Of a DNA stretch of 32,000 bases, positions 1-7,993 are shown piece after piece (within the stretch, counting starts at the first letter, position 1; each line of letters begins with the position of its first letter). The notes under the pieces are model-generated. The model worked only from the letters and a program-made list of their open reading frames with translations. It ran no database searches and was not told where the DNA came from. Source of the stretch: Aquifex aeolicus VF5 (GTDB taxonomy: Bacteria > Aquificota > Aquificia > Aquificales > Aquificaceae); assembly GCF_000008625.1 (NCBI RefSeq), contig NC_000918.1, forward strand, positions 870,001-902,000, written 5' to 3'. A program made the position numbers and the translations under genes.

Positions 1-1369
1 GTATTCCGAGGTGAGGTCCGTAAGGTTTTCCAAATTCAAGTTCATCAAGGGATTTTATCTTCTTGGGTTTGGGTAGGTCTTCTATGTGTTTGGGATAGGG
101 TGGTTTTGCGAGGTGTCCGCCGGGTCTGTCTATGCAACCTAGGAGCATCATAAGGACAAATACAGCCCTTGCGGTCTGGTATCCGTTTGTGTGGGAAGCT
201 ATTCCCCTCATTATGTGGAAGGAAACTGGTCTTCCCACCATCTTCTTGTGCTTTCTGCCCCAGACGTCTGTCCACTCTATCGGGAGTTCTATGGGGTTGT
301 AAAGAGCCGTAACACCGAGTTCCTTTGCTATTCTCTCTATCGTTTCCGCAGGAATTCCTGTAATCTTTTCAACTTTTTCGGGCGTATAGTCCTTAACAAT
401 TCTTTCTGCGAAGATATCAAAGGCGGGTCTTACCTTGTATCCTTCTGGCGTTTCAAATTCTCCTATAAACGCGGGATCAAGGTCCTCGGGAACTATCCTG
501 TCTGCGGGTTTGAAGGAGTTGGACTTTTTGTCAAATACCATGGGCTTTCCTTCTTCATTCCTGTAGAAGAGTCCGTCCTTGGGTGTTCCAGGTGCTTGAA
601 TTACGAGCCAGGGGGCGTTCGTGAACTCTTTCAAGAATTCCCAATCTATCAGGTTGTACTTAAATAGAACGTGTGCGAGGCCTAAGATAAAGGCTCCGTC
701 CGTTCCGGGCTTTATGGGAACCCACTCGTCTGCTATCGCCCCGTAACTCCACCTTACAGGATTTACGAATACGAACTTTCCGCCTCTTCTCTTTAATTCC
801 TGAATTCCGAGCTTAAAGGGATTAGAAGCATGGTCTTCCGCAACACCAATCATCATGAAGTACTTGGTGTGCTCAAAGTCCGGGTCCCCGAACTCCCAGA
901 AGGAGTATCCTACTGACATCAGTCCTGCTGCTGCAACGTTTACAGAACAAAATCCTCCGTGAGCTGCCCAGTTCAGCGTTCCTATCTGTCCTGCAAACCA
1001 GCCGTTTATGGCCTGCATCTGGTCCCTTCCGGTGAAGAAAGCGACCTTTGAGGGGTTTTTCTGAGCCGCTTCCTTAATCCACTTTGCTGCAATCTCTAAA
1101 GCTTCGTCCCACTCTATTTCTTTAAACTGTCCTGAACCTCTCGGTCCTACTCTTAAGAGGGGTTTTCTCAATCTTGCGGGGGAGTATTCCTTCATTATTC
1201 CGGAAGAACCCTTAGCACAGAGAACTCCTTTGTTAAGCGGGTGGTCGTCGTTTCCTTTTATGTATGTAACTTTTCCGTTTCTGACGTAAACTTCTATACC
1301 GCACCTGCACGCACACATATAACAGGTGCTGTAATACTTCCTTTCGTAAAAACTACCGCCTATTTCCAT
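1..1369 (-). CDS. Molybdopterin (Mo/W-bis-PGD, MopB family) oxidoreductase catalytic subunit, N-terminal ~456 aa; the gene continues beyond the left window edge
   Basis: Absent from the ORF track because there is no in-window stop. My minus-strand translation from ATG 1369-1367 (GGAGGG RBS at 1376-1381, 6-nt spacer) stays open to position 1. It begins MEIGGSFYERKYYSTCYMCACRCGIEVYVRNGKVTYIKGNDDHPLNKGVLCAKG, the CxxCxxxC...C [4Fe-4S] motif that opens MopB enzymes. Later comes SFHIMRGIASHTNGYQTARAVFVLMMLLGCIDRPGG, a typical MopB core block. No twin-arginine leader. Confidence 0.8.
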   Translation of the reverse strand, partial: MEIGGSFYERKYYSTCYMCACRCGIEVYVRNGKVTYIKGNDDHPLNKGVLCAKGSSGIMKEYSPARLRKPLLRVGPRGSGQFKEIEWDEALEIAAKWIKEAAQKNPSKVAFFTGRDQMQAINGWFAGQIGTLNWAAHGGFCSVNVAAAGLMSVGYSFWEFGDPDFEHTKYFMMIGVAEDHASNPFKLGIQELKRRGGKFVFVNPVRWSYGAIADEWVPIKPGTDGAFILGLAHVLFKYNLIDWEFLKEFTNAPWLVIQAPGTPKDGLFYRNEEGKPMVFDKKSNSFKPADRIVPEDLDPAFIGEFETPEGYKVRPAFDIFAERIVKDYTPEKVEKITGIPAETIERIAKELGVTALYNPIELPIEWTDVWGRKHKKMVGRPVSFHIMRGIASHTNGYQTARAVFVLMMLLGCIDRPGGHLAKPPYPKHIEDLPKPKKIKSLDELEFGKPYGPHLGI

Positions 1370-1497
1370 TTTTAACCCTCCTGTACTTCCATTTAGAATA
1401 AGTCTTAAACTTTTCCATTTACAGTCACACTTTCTTAAGGGATTATAAGCGAAACTTATGGGTCTTATAAGCAAAAAGACGGGCTACCATATTCCTT

Positions 1498-2904
1498 ATG
1501 TTTTACATACTCATAATTCTTCTGGCTACTTTCTCGATGATACCGAACATAAATGAGTTTGCTTTCAGGTTTGAAGAAACCACCCGTGCGGTTGTAGCCT
1601 TTGAAATGTACCATTCAGGGAATTACTTTCAGCCCACAATTCTCGGAGATCCATACTACAACAAACCTCCTCTCTTTAACTGGTTTATTATTATTTCCTC
1701 CAAATTTTTCGGGTGGGACATTGTAACTGCAAGGGCAGTGAGTGTTTTCTTCACCCTTGCAAATGCCTTTCTTATTTACTTTTTTTCTTCGAAAGTCCTG
1801 AAAAATAAGGAAAAGGCTCTACTTTCTTCAGTGTTTTTTATTACCTTTGCTGACGTTTTATTCTGGTACGGGTGGCTTGCGGAAATAGACGTGACTTTGA
1901 GTTTCTTCGTCACTTTGTTGTTTATCCAGATTTACAAACTCTGGGAAGAAGGGAAACCCATTTATTACTACACTTCCGCGCTTTTGACAGGTTTGATTTT
2001 CATGATAAAGGGCTTTCCCGCATTTGCATTTTACGGACTGAGTTTAATTTCCCTGAGTATTTTTAAAAGGGACTTTAAGGTTCTGCTGAACTTCCACGCT
2101 TTTGCTTCCTACTTCCTCGCTTTAATTGCTTCCTTCTGGTGGCTTCCCTTTTCGGAAAATCCTGAATTTTACTTTAGGAGACTCTGGGAGGAGAGCTTTA
2201 GCAGAGTAGAGAGCTCTAAAGATCTGGAAAAGTTTTTAATTCACTTAATCACTTATCCTCTTTTGAACGTAAAACAACTCCTCCCCGCTTCTTTGTTTGT
2301 GATACCTTTAATCTTTACAAAGAGAATTTCACTTCCAAGGGAGCTTAAGTTCTTGCTCTTTCTCGTAATTTTTAACTACATTCCATATATTATTTCTGCA
2401 ACAAGTAGGGGAAGGTATGTTCTTCCGCTCTTTCCTATCTTAGCGGTAATTTTTGCCCACTTAATTCACGAATACTTGAGTAAGAACTGGAAAAAAGTTC
2501 TTTTATTCTCCTTAATTTTTGTAATAATTTTAAGATTTATTTACGGGATTTTCTTCCTTCCTTACGTAAACCACAGGAAGGGAGAGCCGAAACTTCAGGC
2601 GAAGGTAGCCTACGAGCTCACGAAAACTGGAAAAGTTGCCTGTGACTGTCCCAAGATAAAGGACTTCTGTCTTTACATCGGCTTTCTAAGGGGAGAACCT
2701 CTCCTGAGACCTAAGTACACGAAAGCCTGGGATTACTTGGTGGATTGTAAAGAGAGGAAAGATTTAAGCTTAATAAAGAAGTTTTACGTAAACAAGAAGG
2801 AGGTATACCTGTATGGTAGGTTTGCTTCTGGTTTTGCTATTAATACCTTTAATCGTTCTAGGGGTTCCAAGGTATTTGAAGGCATGTCTGGAGCTCGCCG
2901 TTGA
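1498..2904 (+). CDS. Polytopic GT-C glycosyltransferase, ArnT / PMT (GT83/GT39)-like
   Basis: 468-aa ORF with more than 10 hydrophobic segments. The N-terminal block RFEETTRAVVAFEMYHSGNYFQPTILGDPYYNKPPLFNW resembles the ArnT/PMT_2 signature (ExR...EM...G...P...G.PYfeKPPL). The substrate cannot be inferred. Confidence 0.6.
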   Translation: MFYILIILLATFSMIPNINEFAFRFEETTRAVVAFEMYHSGNYFQPTILGDPYYNKPPLFNWFIIISSKFFGWDIVTARAVSVFFTLANAFLIYFFSSKVLKNKEKALLSSVFFITFADVLFWYGWLAEIDVTLSFFVTLLFIQIYKLWEEGKPIYYYTSALLTGLIFMIKGFPAFAFYGLSLISLSIFKRDFKVLLNFHAFASYFLALIASFWWLPFSENPEFYFRRLWEESFSRVESSKDLEKFLIHLITYPLLNVKQLLPASLFVIPLIFTKRISLPRELKFLLFLVIFNYIPYIISATSRGRYVLPLFPILAVIFAHLIHEYLSKNWKKVLLFSLIFVIILRFIYGIFFLPYVNHRKGEPKLQAKVAYELTKTGKVACDCPKIKDFCLYIGFLRGEPLLRPKYTKAWDYLVDCKERKDLSLIKKFYVNKKEVYLYGRFASGFAINTFNRSRGSKVFEGMSGARR

Positions 2905-3073
2905 CGCTAAAGTGGCTCTGGAAAACGCGGAGGAGTTCACGGGAAAGGTTTACAAGCTTTACCTCACGAAGAGGCGCTCTGGAGATTGCCTTTATAAGAT
3001 TAAGGGTGAGAAGGGAAAGGCGATTGTGGACGCACTCACGGGAAAAGTTGTAAAATTCTTCAAGAGTGAGTAG
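2813..3073 (+). CDS. Small membrane-anchored PepSY-like protein
   Basis: 86 aa. It has an N-terminal TM/signal anchor (MVGLLLVLLLIPLIVLGV) followed by a ~60-aa PepSY-like pattern ending KGKAIVDALTGKVVKF. A strong RBS AAGGAGGT lies 8 nt upstream of the ATG. The start lies 92 nt inside the preceding ORF. Confidence 0.45.
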   Translation: MVGLLLVLLLIPLIVLGVPRYLKACLELAVDAKVALENAEEFTGKVYKLYLTKRRSGDCLYKIKGEKGKAIVDALTGKVVKFFKSE

Positions 3074-3629
3074 TTATTTCCCAGTTTACCTGGATTTAAA
3101 GGACAAGGAAGTTCTCGTTATTGGGGGCGGCAGGGTAGCCACGAGAAAGGTAAAGACGCTTCTTGAATTTACAAAAAATATCACGATAGTCTCACCGAAG
3201 GTTACTGAAGAATTGAAAAATTTAATAAAAGAAAAGAAAATTAAGTGGATTGATAGAAAGTTCAAACCTTCGGATTTAAAGGACAAATTCCTCGTAGTGG
3301 TAGCGGTGGACGATATTAAACTTCAGAAAAGGGTTTTCAATCTGTGTGAAAAGAGAGGGATACTGTGCAATTCCGTTGACTCTCCTAAGTACTGCAACTT
3401 TATATTCCCATCAATAATAAAAAGGGGGGATTTAGTGATAAGTATTTCAACGTCGGGAAAGGTTCCAGCTCTGTCGCGGGCACTCAGGGAGAAAATTGAG
3501 GAATGTTTACCAGAAAATATAGAGGAAATTATGAAAGAACTAGAAATTATAAGGAAATCGGAAGAGAAAGGTGAGGAAAGACAGAAAAAGCTTTTAAGAC
3601 TTGCCAGAGAGCTTCTAAAGAATTTTTGA
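3066..3629 (+). CDS. Precorrin-2 dehydrogenase / sirohydrochlorin ferrochelatase (SirC/Met8, CysG N-terminal-domain type)
   Basis: 187 aa with a GTG start overlapping the upstream stop by 8 nt. FPVYLDLKDKEVLVIGGGRVATRKVKTLL is the Rossmann GxGxxA motif of siroheme synthase N-domains. ISISTSGKVPALSRALREKIE is the conserved SirC/CysG(N) block. Confidence 0.75.
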   Translation: MSSYFPVYLDLKDKEVLVIGGGRVATRKVKTLLEFTKNITIVSPKVTEELKNLIKEKKIKWIDRKFKPSDLKDKFLVVVAVDDIKLQKRVFNLCEKRGILCNSVDSPKYCNFIFPSIIKRGDLVISISTSGKVPALSRALREKIEECLPENIEEIMKELEIIRKSEEKGEERQKKLLRLARELLKNF

Positions 3630-4528
3630 AATTTTTACCGCTCTTTTTCCGTTCTTTTCGCCTAAAATTCCCAAAAACTTTAACCTTCCCTGAACTAAAA
3701 CTTCCACTTCCTCTTGAGGCGTTTTTCCGGTAAGGATCACGAAACCCTTTCCCATGTTTACAACTTTGTTTAATTTGTCTTTCCTTTTAAAGAGTAAAAC
3801 TTCTAAGTTCACGGGCACTTTGAGAAGTGCGCTCAGGAGTTCTTCCCTTTCCTTCGGATCGGGTTTTCTCATAGATAGTTCTTCCTTTATTTCCTTTAAA
3901 AGGTAGAGTGGGAAAGCTAAGAAAAGACTTCTCTTTAAGGTTTCGTTCTCCACGCCGAGTTCCGCAACGTAGTGGTCGTCGTCCAGATCAAGTTCGTAAA
4001 CGTTTTCAGAAAGTTCGCAATCTGTTACGTCTCTTGTAAAAAATTCGTTCCAGACTTCCCTGAAGGTACTGCAAAAGCTTTCACTCAGTTTGGTGAGCAT
4101 ACTCATTTCCAGTCTGGAGAAGGGCTTTCCTTCAAGTTCGTACGGTTCTCCACCGAGCATCATGCTTATAAAGGCGTAAGAGAGTTTTGCGTCTAGCAGT
4201 GTGTAAAATCTCCGACTTCCTCGAGGTGTTGTCTTATAAAAACTACGGGAGGGGACAGGTTGGGAAGTATTTTTGAAAGGGGTTTTACGTCCTTTTCCTT
4301 TACCTTAACCTTCAGGTTTGAGAGAGTGATTTTCTTTAGTTCCTCCGAGAGCCTTTCCGTAAAAGTGCTCAGGAACTGCTCAAGTCTGGGGTAACGTTCC
4401 GAGGATATTTTTTCCAAGCTGTCAAAGTCAAAGGGCTGTAAACCTTGCGGGATTTTTTCTACCTTTTTCTTCTCTAGGGTTTCCATTAAGAACTCTATCT
4501 CTTCCTGAGAAAGGAGTTCCTCGCTCAT
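3615..4528 (-). pseudogene. fliM: Flagellar motor switch protein FliM, split into two ORFs (4528-4193 and 4163-3615) by an apparent frameshift near 4205-4208
   Basis: The N-terminal ORF starts MSEELLSQEEIEFLMETL (FliM LSQxEIDxLL motif), then PFDFDS and a FliM-like middle domain. The second ORF carries MMLGGEP (the FliM GGxG block) and a C-terminal SpoA/FliN-like domain (VEVLVQGRLKFLGILGEKNGKRAVKI). The downstream frame is already open upstream of the TAG stop and reads ...RFYTLLDAKLSYAFISMMLGG. Confidence 0.7.
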
Positions 4529-5253
4529 CAGTAAACTCCGTACCTTAAAATGTACTCCTCGTACTCGGGAAAGTCTCGGACGTCCACAAAGGAGCCCGAC
4601 TCTACACTCTCCAGTTTCGGAAGAATGGAAAATATAAACTCCGCAGTCTTTTCAGGTGTGAGTTTAGGAGCGTTCTTTATCCTCTTTATGGACGGGTACT
4701 TTTCCTCATTCTGCGACATTACCTCTTTCAGCATAGGTGTGAGCACAAGTCCTGGAGCCAAGGAAATTACTTTAGTTTCGGGGAGTTCCCAGGAGTAGAG
4801 TTTTAAGAGGCAGTTTAGCCCCGCCTTTGAAAGGGAGTAGGCGTTCCAACCCCTGTTGCAGTTCCTCGCAGCCCCCGAAGAAATACCTATTAAAGTTTTT
4901 ACCTTTATTCCGAGTTCCATAAGCGTGTCTATTATTACCTTGTTGGACCACAGGTTTACCTTCATCACTTCGTCTATTTCGTGTAGGCTTATGTCCTTCA
5001 TATCGGAAAACTTTCCGAGGATTCCCGCGTTCAGGATTGCAAGTTCCAGTTCTTTTACACCACTAAGGAGTTTAAAAAGACAGCCTTGAACTTCTTCTAC
5101 CTTTAAAAGGTCGCACTTTACAAAGTGTATCTTCTCCTTGAATTCCTCGGGCAGGTGTCTGCTTAAAGCGTAAACCTCGTAGCCCCTCTTTATTCCTTCC
5201 TCTACGAGTGCCTTTCCCAGCCCTGAGCCTATTCCCGTTATGAACAACTTCAT
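4528..5253 (-). CDS. Short-chain dehydrogenase/reductase (SDR) family oxidoreductase
   Basis: 241 aa. It has an N-terminal TGxxxGxG-type motif (FITGIGSGLGKAL), NAG (ILNAGIL) and the catalytic S...YxxxK (ISSGAA...YSLSKAGLN). The substrate is unknown. Confidence 0.8.
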   Translation of the reverse strand: MKLFITGIGSGLGKALVEEGIKRGYEVYALSRHLPEEFKEKIHFVKCDLLKVEEVQGCLFKLLSGVKELELAILNAGILGKFSDMKDISLHEIDEVMKVNLWSNKVIIDTLMELGIKVKTLIGISSGAARNCNRGWNAYSLSKAGLNCLLKLYSWELPETKVISLAPGLVLTPMLKEVMSQNEEKYPSIKRIKNAPKLTPEKTAEFIFSILPKLESVESGSFVDVRDFPEYEEYILRYGVY

Positions 5254-5702
5254 TTTTCTTTCTCCTCAAAGACTTGGTTTATAAGAATTTTAACGTCCTC
5301 GTCGCCGGCTTGAGCCTGAGCAAAGCCGTACAGGTCTCCCCTTTTAAAACCGGCGGTAGGCTCTTTTGATATTCTCGCGGTTAGCATAAGTTTTCCTTCT
5401 ATAAAGTCCTCGGGGACGATTTTGTGTTTTCCGGTTATCTTAAACCTGTAAGGGAAATCTGGATTTTTAACTCTCAAAACCGCTACAGGTCTGGAACTTC
5501 CCTCCTTCATAACCGCTATTATTAGGTACCTTTCTCCTTTAGGAATTTTCTCCTTTAGTTTATCGTCCAGTATTACGACTCCCTTTACGTACTGCTTTTT
5601 GTACTTTTCAAGTATCTTTTTACCTTCAGGCGTCTGGTATTTCTTGGGCAGTTCCTGACAGGAGTAAATCAGTAGGGAAAGCAGTAAAAAAATCCACTTC
5701 AT
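5250..5702 (-). CDS. Lipoprotein of unknown function (weak resemblance to the C-terminal domain of CcmI/CycH-type cytochrome c maturation proteins)
   Basis: 150 aa with signal peptide plus lipobox MKWIFLLLSLLIYSC. The block RPVAVLRVKNPDFPYRFKI...LMLTARISKEPTAGFKRGDLYG recalls the ...PlAv.r...LP..v.L...v.ArvS.sG.a..GDl.G pattern. That similarity comes from memory only. ATGA overlaps on both sides. Confidence 0.45.
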   Translation of the reverse strand: MKWIFLLLSLLIYSCQELPKKYQTPEGKKILEKYKKQYVKGVVILDDKLKEKIPKGERYLIIAVMKEGSSRPVAVLRVKNPDFPYRFKITGKHKIVPEDFIEGKLMLTARISKEPTAGFKRGDLYGFAQAQAGDEDVKILINQVFEEKEK

Positions 5703-7987
5703 GTTTCTTCTCCGTACTCTAAGTATACTACCGTGACGCCCGAACCCCCTTCCTTGGGATAGGCGTCCCTGAAGAACTTAACCTTTTCGTTTTTTGAAAG
5801 GGCTTCCCTTACAGCACTCTTTAACTTTCCGCTTCCTATGCCGTGTATTACTTTAACGACTTTGTACCCAGCACTGTAAGCTTCTTCTATGAACTTTTCC
5901 AGTTCCCTTACCGCGGTTTCCACGTCTTTGCCGATTAAGTTTAGCGTGTCCCTTTTTTCCATTACCGGAGTTTGAACGGTCACTTTCGTTTCCTTTTGCG
6001 GCTCTGCCTTTCCCACCTTCTGTAGCTCTCTTGTATCAAGCCACATCCTGAGGTGATCCACGAGAACTAAAGCTTTATTACCTTTTACTTCCAGAACTTT
6101 ACCTTTCTTTCCCATGAACTCTACGAGGTCTCCTACTTCCAGTTTCTGGGGTTTTTGGGGTGCTAAATTCTCTATTTCCTCCCTCTTTTTGGAAACGAAC
6201 TCTTTTATCTCCTTCTTTTCCTTTGCTTTTTTAAAGATTTCTTCAGACTCCTGCACGAGCTTTCTGAGGTATTCCCTCGCCTCTTTGTAGGCCTCCTTCC
6301 AGCCCTTTCTCTTTGCCTCCTCGTACTCCTTCCTGAGCTTTTCTACTTCTTCTTTCTCCTTCTGTAGTTCCTTTCTGAGCTCTTCTAGTTTCCTGAACTC
6401 CTCCTCGTACTTCTTCACGTAGTCCGAGAGTTTTTCCATAGCCTTTATGTACTGCTCTCCGAATTCTCCCACGTGTCTTTTTGCGATTTCTATAACTTCG
6501 CTCGGGATTCCGTACTTCTGGGCTATGTAAAAGGCCATACTCTCTCCAACCGTGTTGTAGGCAATTTTATAAAGAGGTTTTAAGGTTTCCCTATCAAAGA
6601 GGACGCTTGCGGGTGTGTAGTAATCGGAGTTTGTTGAGTAGAGCTTTATAGGCGTGTGGTGCGTTGTGACGAATACCCAAGCCTTTTTCTTCTTTAAGTA
6701 CTCCAGTATACCTATACCCAGTGCGGAACCCTCTATCGGGTCCGTTCCCGCCCCCAGCTCGTCTATGAGAACTAAAGTATTTTCATCGCTCTTTGGTAAG
6801 AACTCCGCCATGTTTTTCACGTGTGCCGAAAAGGTGGAAAGGTTTTGTTCTATACTCTGCTCGTCCCCGATATCAGTAAAGACTTTTTCAAACAACGGAA
6901 GTTTGCTATTTGGACTTGCAGGAACGGGAATAGCACTCTGGAACATCAAGACGCTGAGACCGAGGGTTTTTAAAGCCACAGTCTTTCCACCCGTATTTGG
7001 ACCCGTCAGTATTAATCCCTTCTTTTCTTTGAGGAGTATACCAACTGGAACAACGTCTTCCTTTACTAATACTAAAACGGGGTGTCTAGCCTCGTAGAGT
7101 TCTACCCATTCTCCAAAGTCGGGAAAGCTTCCTTCTACAAGTTTTGAAAACCTGTACTTACATTGCTGGAAATCAACCTCTACACAGGCTTCAAAGCTCT
7201 CAAGAAGTTCTTTTGCGTAATCCCCTATGTATTCGGTTATCCTCTGGAGAACCTTTCTTACTTCTTCTTCCTCTTTTTGTTTTAATTCCGTGAGCTTGTT
7301 GTTCAGGTGTATTACGAACTGGGGCTCAACGTAAGTGGTGTAGCCAGAGGATGACGTTCCGTGAACTATTCCGAATATCTTTTTTACGTGGGAAGTCTTT
7401 ACAGGAATTACGTACCTTCCGTTCCTTATCGTGACTATCCTGTCGGATAAAAACTTGGCAGAATCTGGTCTGTTTATTAGGTTATCTAGCCTCTTTTTAA
7501 TTTCCTCTTCTACCGCCCTTATGCTCTTCCTTACCCTGAGGAGTTCCTCGCTCGCCTCGTCTTTTACAAAACCCCTCGGGTCTATGCTACCGATGATTAA
7601 GTTTTCCAAGGGAGAGAAAGTGTAGAGTTTTTTGTAAACCTTCCTTAAAGGTTCTAACCTCTGAACGTGGGAACTGAGAACCCTCCTTATTTCCTTCGTC
7701 AGGTTTATGACGTTGAGGATCTTAAGTATGTCCTCTACGCCGAGAATTGCCCCTTGGAGCTTTGCCTTCTTTAAGAGTTCCCTTATGTCTTCGAACTCAA
7801 AGAGTCTTACGTTTTCCGCTATATCAAAAAAAGCCTTGGAGAGTTCTATTTCTTCCTTTACTTTTTCTTTGTTCGTATATGGCTTTAGGTTCTGTATTTT
7901 TTCCTTTGTAGCCGGCGAGTGGGCGTAAGAGGCGAGAACTTCTTTTACTTTGTCAAACTCCAGTTTAATTAAATCCTTTTCCCTCAT
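5699..7987 (-). CDS. mutS2: Endonuclease MutS2 (MutS-family ATPase with C-terminal Smr domain)
   Basis: 762 aa. Walker A is LILTGPNTGGKTVALKT, Walker B is LVLIDELGAGTDP, followed by a long K/E coiled coil. The C-terminal Smr domain is LNLIGKDVETAVRELEKFIEEA...VKVIHGIGSGKLKSAVREAL. Confidence 0.9.
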   Translation of the reverse strand: MREKDLIKLEFDKVKEVLASYAHSPATKEKIQNLKPYTNKEKVKEEIELSKAFFDIAENVRLFEFEDIRELLKKAKLQGAILGVEDILKILNVINLTKEIRRVLSSHVQRLEPLRKVYKKLYTFSPLENLIIGSIDPRGFVKDEASEELLRVRKSIRAVEEEIKKRLDNLINRPDSAKFLSDRIVTIRNGRYVIPVKTSHVKKIFGIVHGTSSSGYTTYVEPQFVIHLNNKLTELKQKEEEEVRKVLQRITEYIGDYAKELLESFEACVEVDFQQCKYRFSKLVEGSFPDFGEWVELYEARHPVLVLVKEDVVPVGILLKEKKGLILTGPNTGGKTVALKTLGLSVLMFQSAIPVPASPNSKLPLFEKVFTDIGDEQSIEQNLSTFSAHVKNMAEFLPKSDENTLVLIDELGAGTDPIEGSALGIGILEYLKKKKAWVFVTTHHTPIKLYSTNSDYYTPASVLFDRETLKPLYKIAYNTVGESMAFYIAQKYGIPSEVIEIAKRHVGEFGEQYIKAMEKLSDYVKKYEEEFRKLEELRKELQKEKEEVEKLRKEYEEAKRKGWKEAYKEAREYLRKLVQESEEIFKKAKEKKEIKEFVSKKREEIENLAPQKPQKLEVGDLVEFMGKKGKVLEVKGNKALVLVDHLRMWLDTRELQKVGKAEPQKETKVTVQTPVMEKRDTLNLIGKDVETAVRELEKFIEEAYSAGYKVVKVIHGIGSGKLKSAVREALSKNEKVKFFRDAYPKEGGSGVTVVYLEYGEET

Positions 7988-7993
7988 TCCTGA

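Noticed and set aside
191-667. 158-aa plus-strand ORF, plus the 76-aa minus-strand ORF at 45-275.
   Set aside because: Both lie entirely inside the much longer, family-recognisable molybdopterin oxidoreductase frame. Their translations are low-complexity with no recognisable motifs, so I treat them as shadow ORFs.
3093-3285. Exact 15-nt repeat GGATTTAAAGGACAA at 3093-3107 and 3272-3286 inside the SirC-like gene.
   Set aside because: Both copies encode DLKDK ahead of a beta-strand in the same protein. The repeat is short and in-frame, and it has no flanking repeat structure. I consider it coincidental codon reuse rather than a mobile or regulatory repeat.
6150-6420. Repetitive-looking GAA/AAG/CTC-rich DNA that might suggest a tandem repeat or CRISPR-like array. 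The same applies to 25540-25660 and 31000-31150.
   Set aside because: There is no fixed period and no spacer structure. These stretches are K/E-rich coiled-coil or acidic-tail coding segments of MutS2, the TatB-like protein and BamD.
6654-7097. 147-aa plus-strand ORF antisense to mutS2. Similar S/F/L-rich antisense ORFs occur at 7431-7625, 7707-7928, 4550-4798, 4856-5089, 8849-9315, 13821-14510, 23991-24269 and 26800-27375.
   Set aside because: These are typical antisense shadows of GAA/AAG/GAG-rich coding sequence. The peptides are rich in Ser/Phe/Leu/Pro and lack RBS support. Every one is fully nested in a confidently identified gene.
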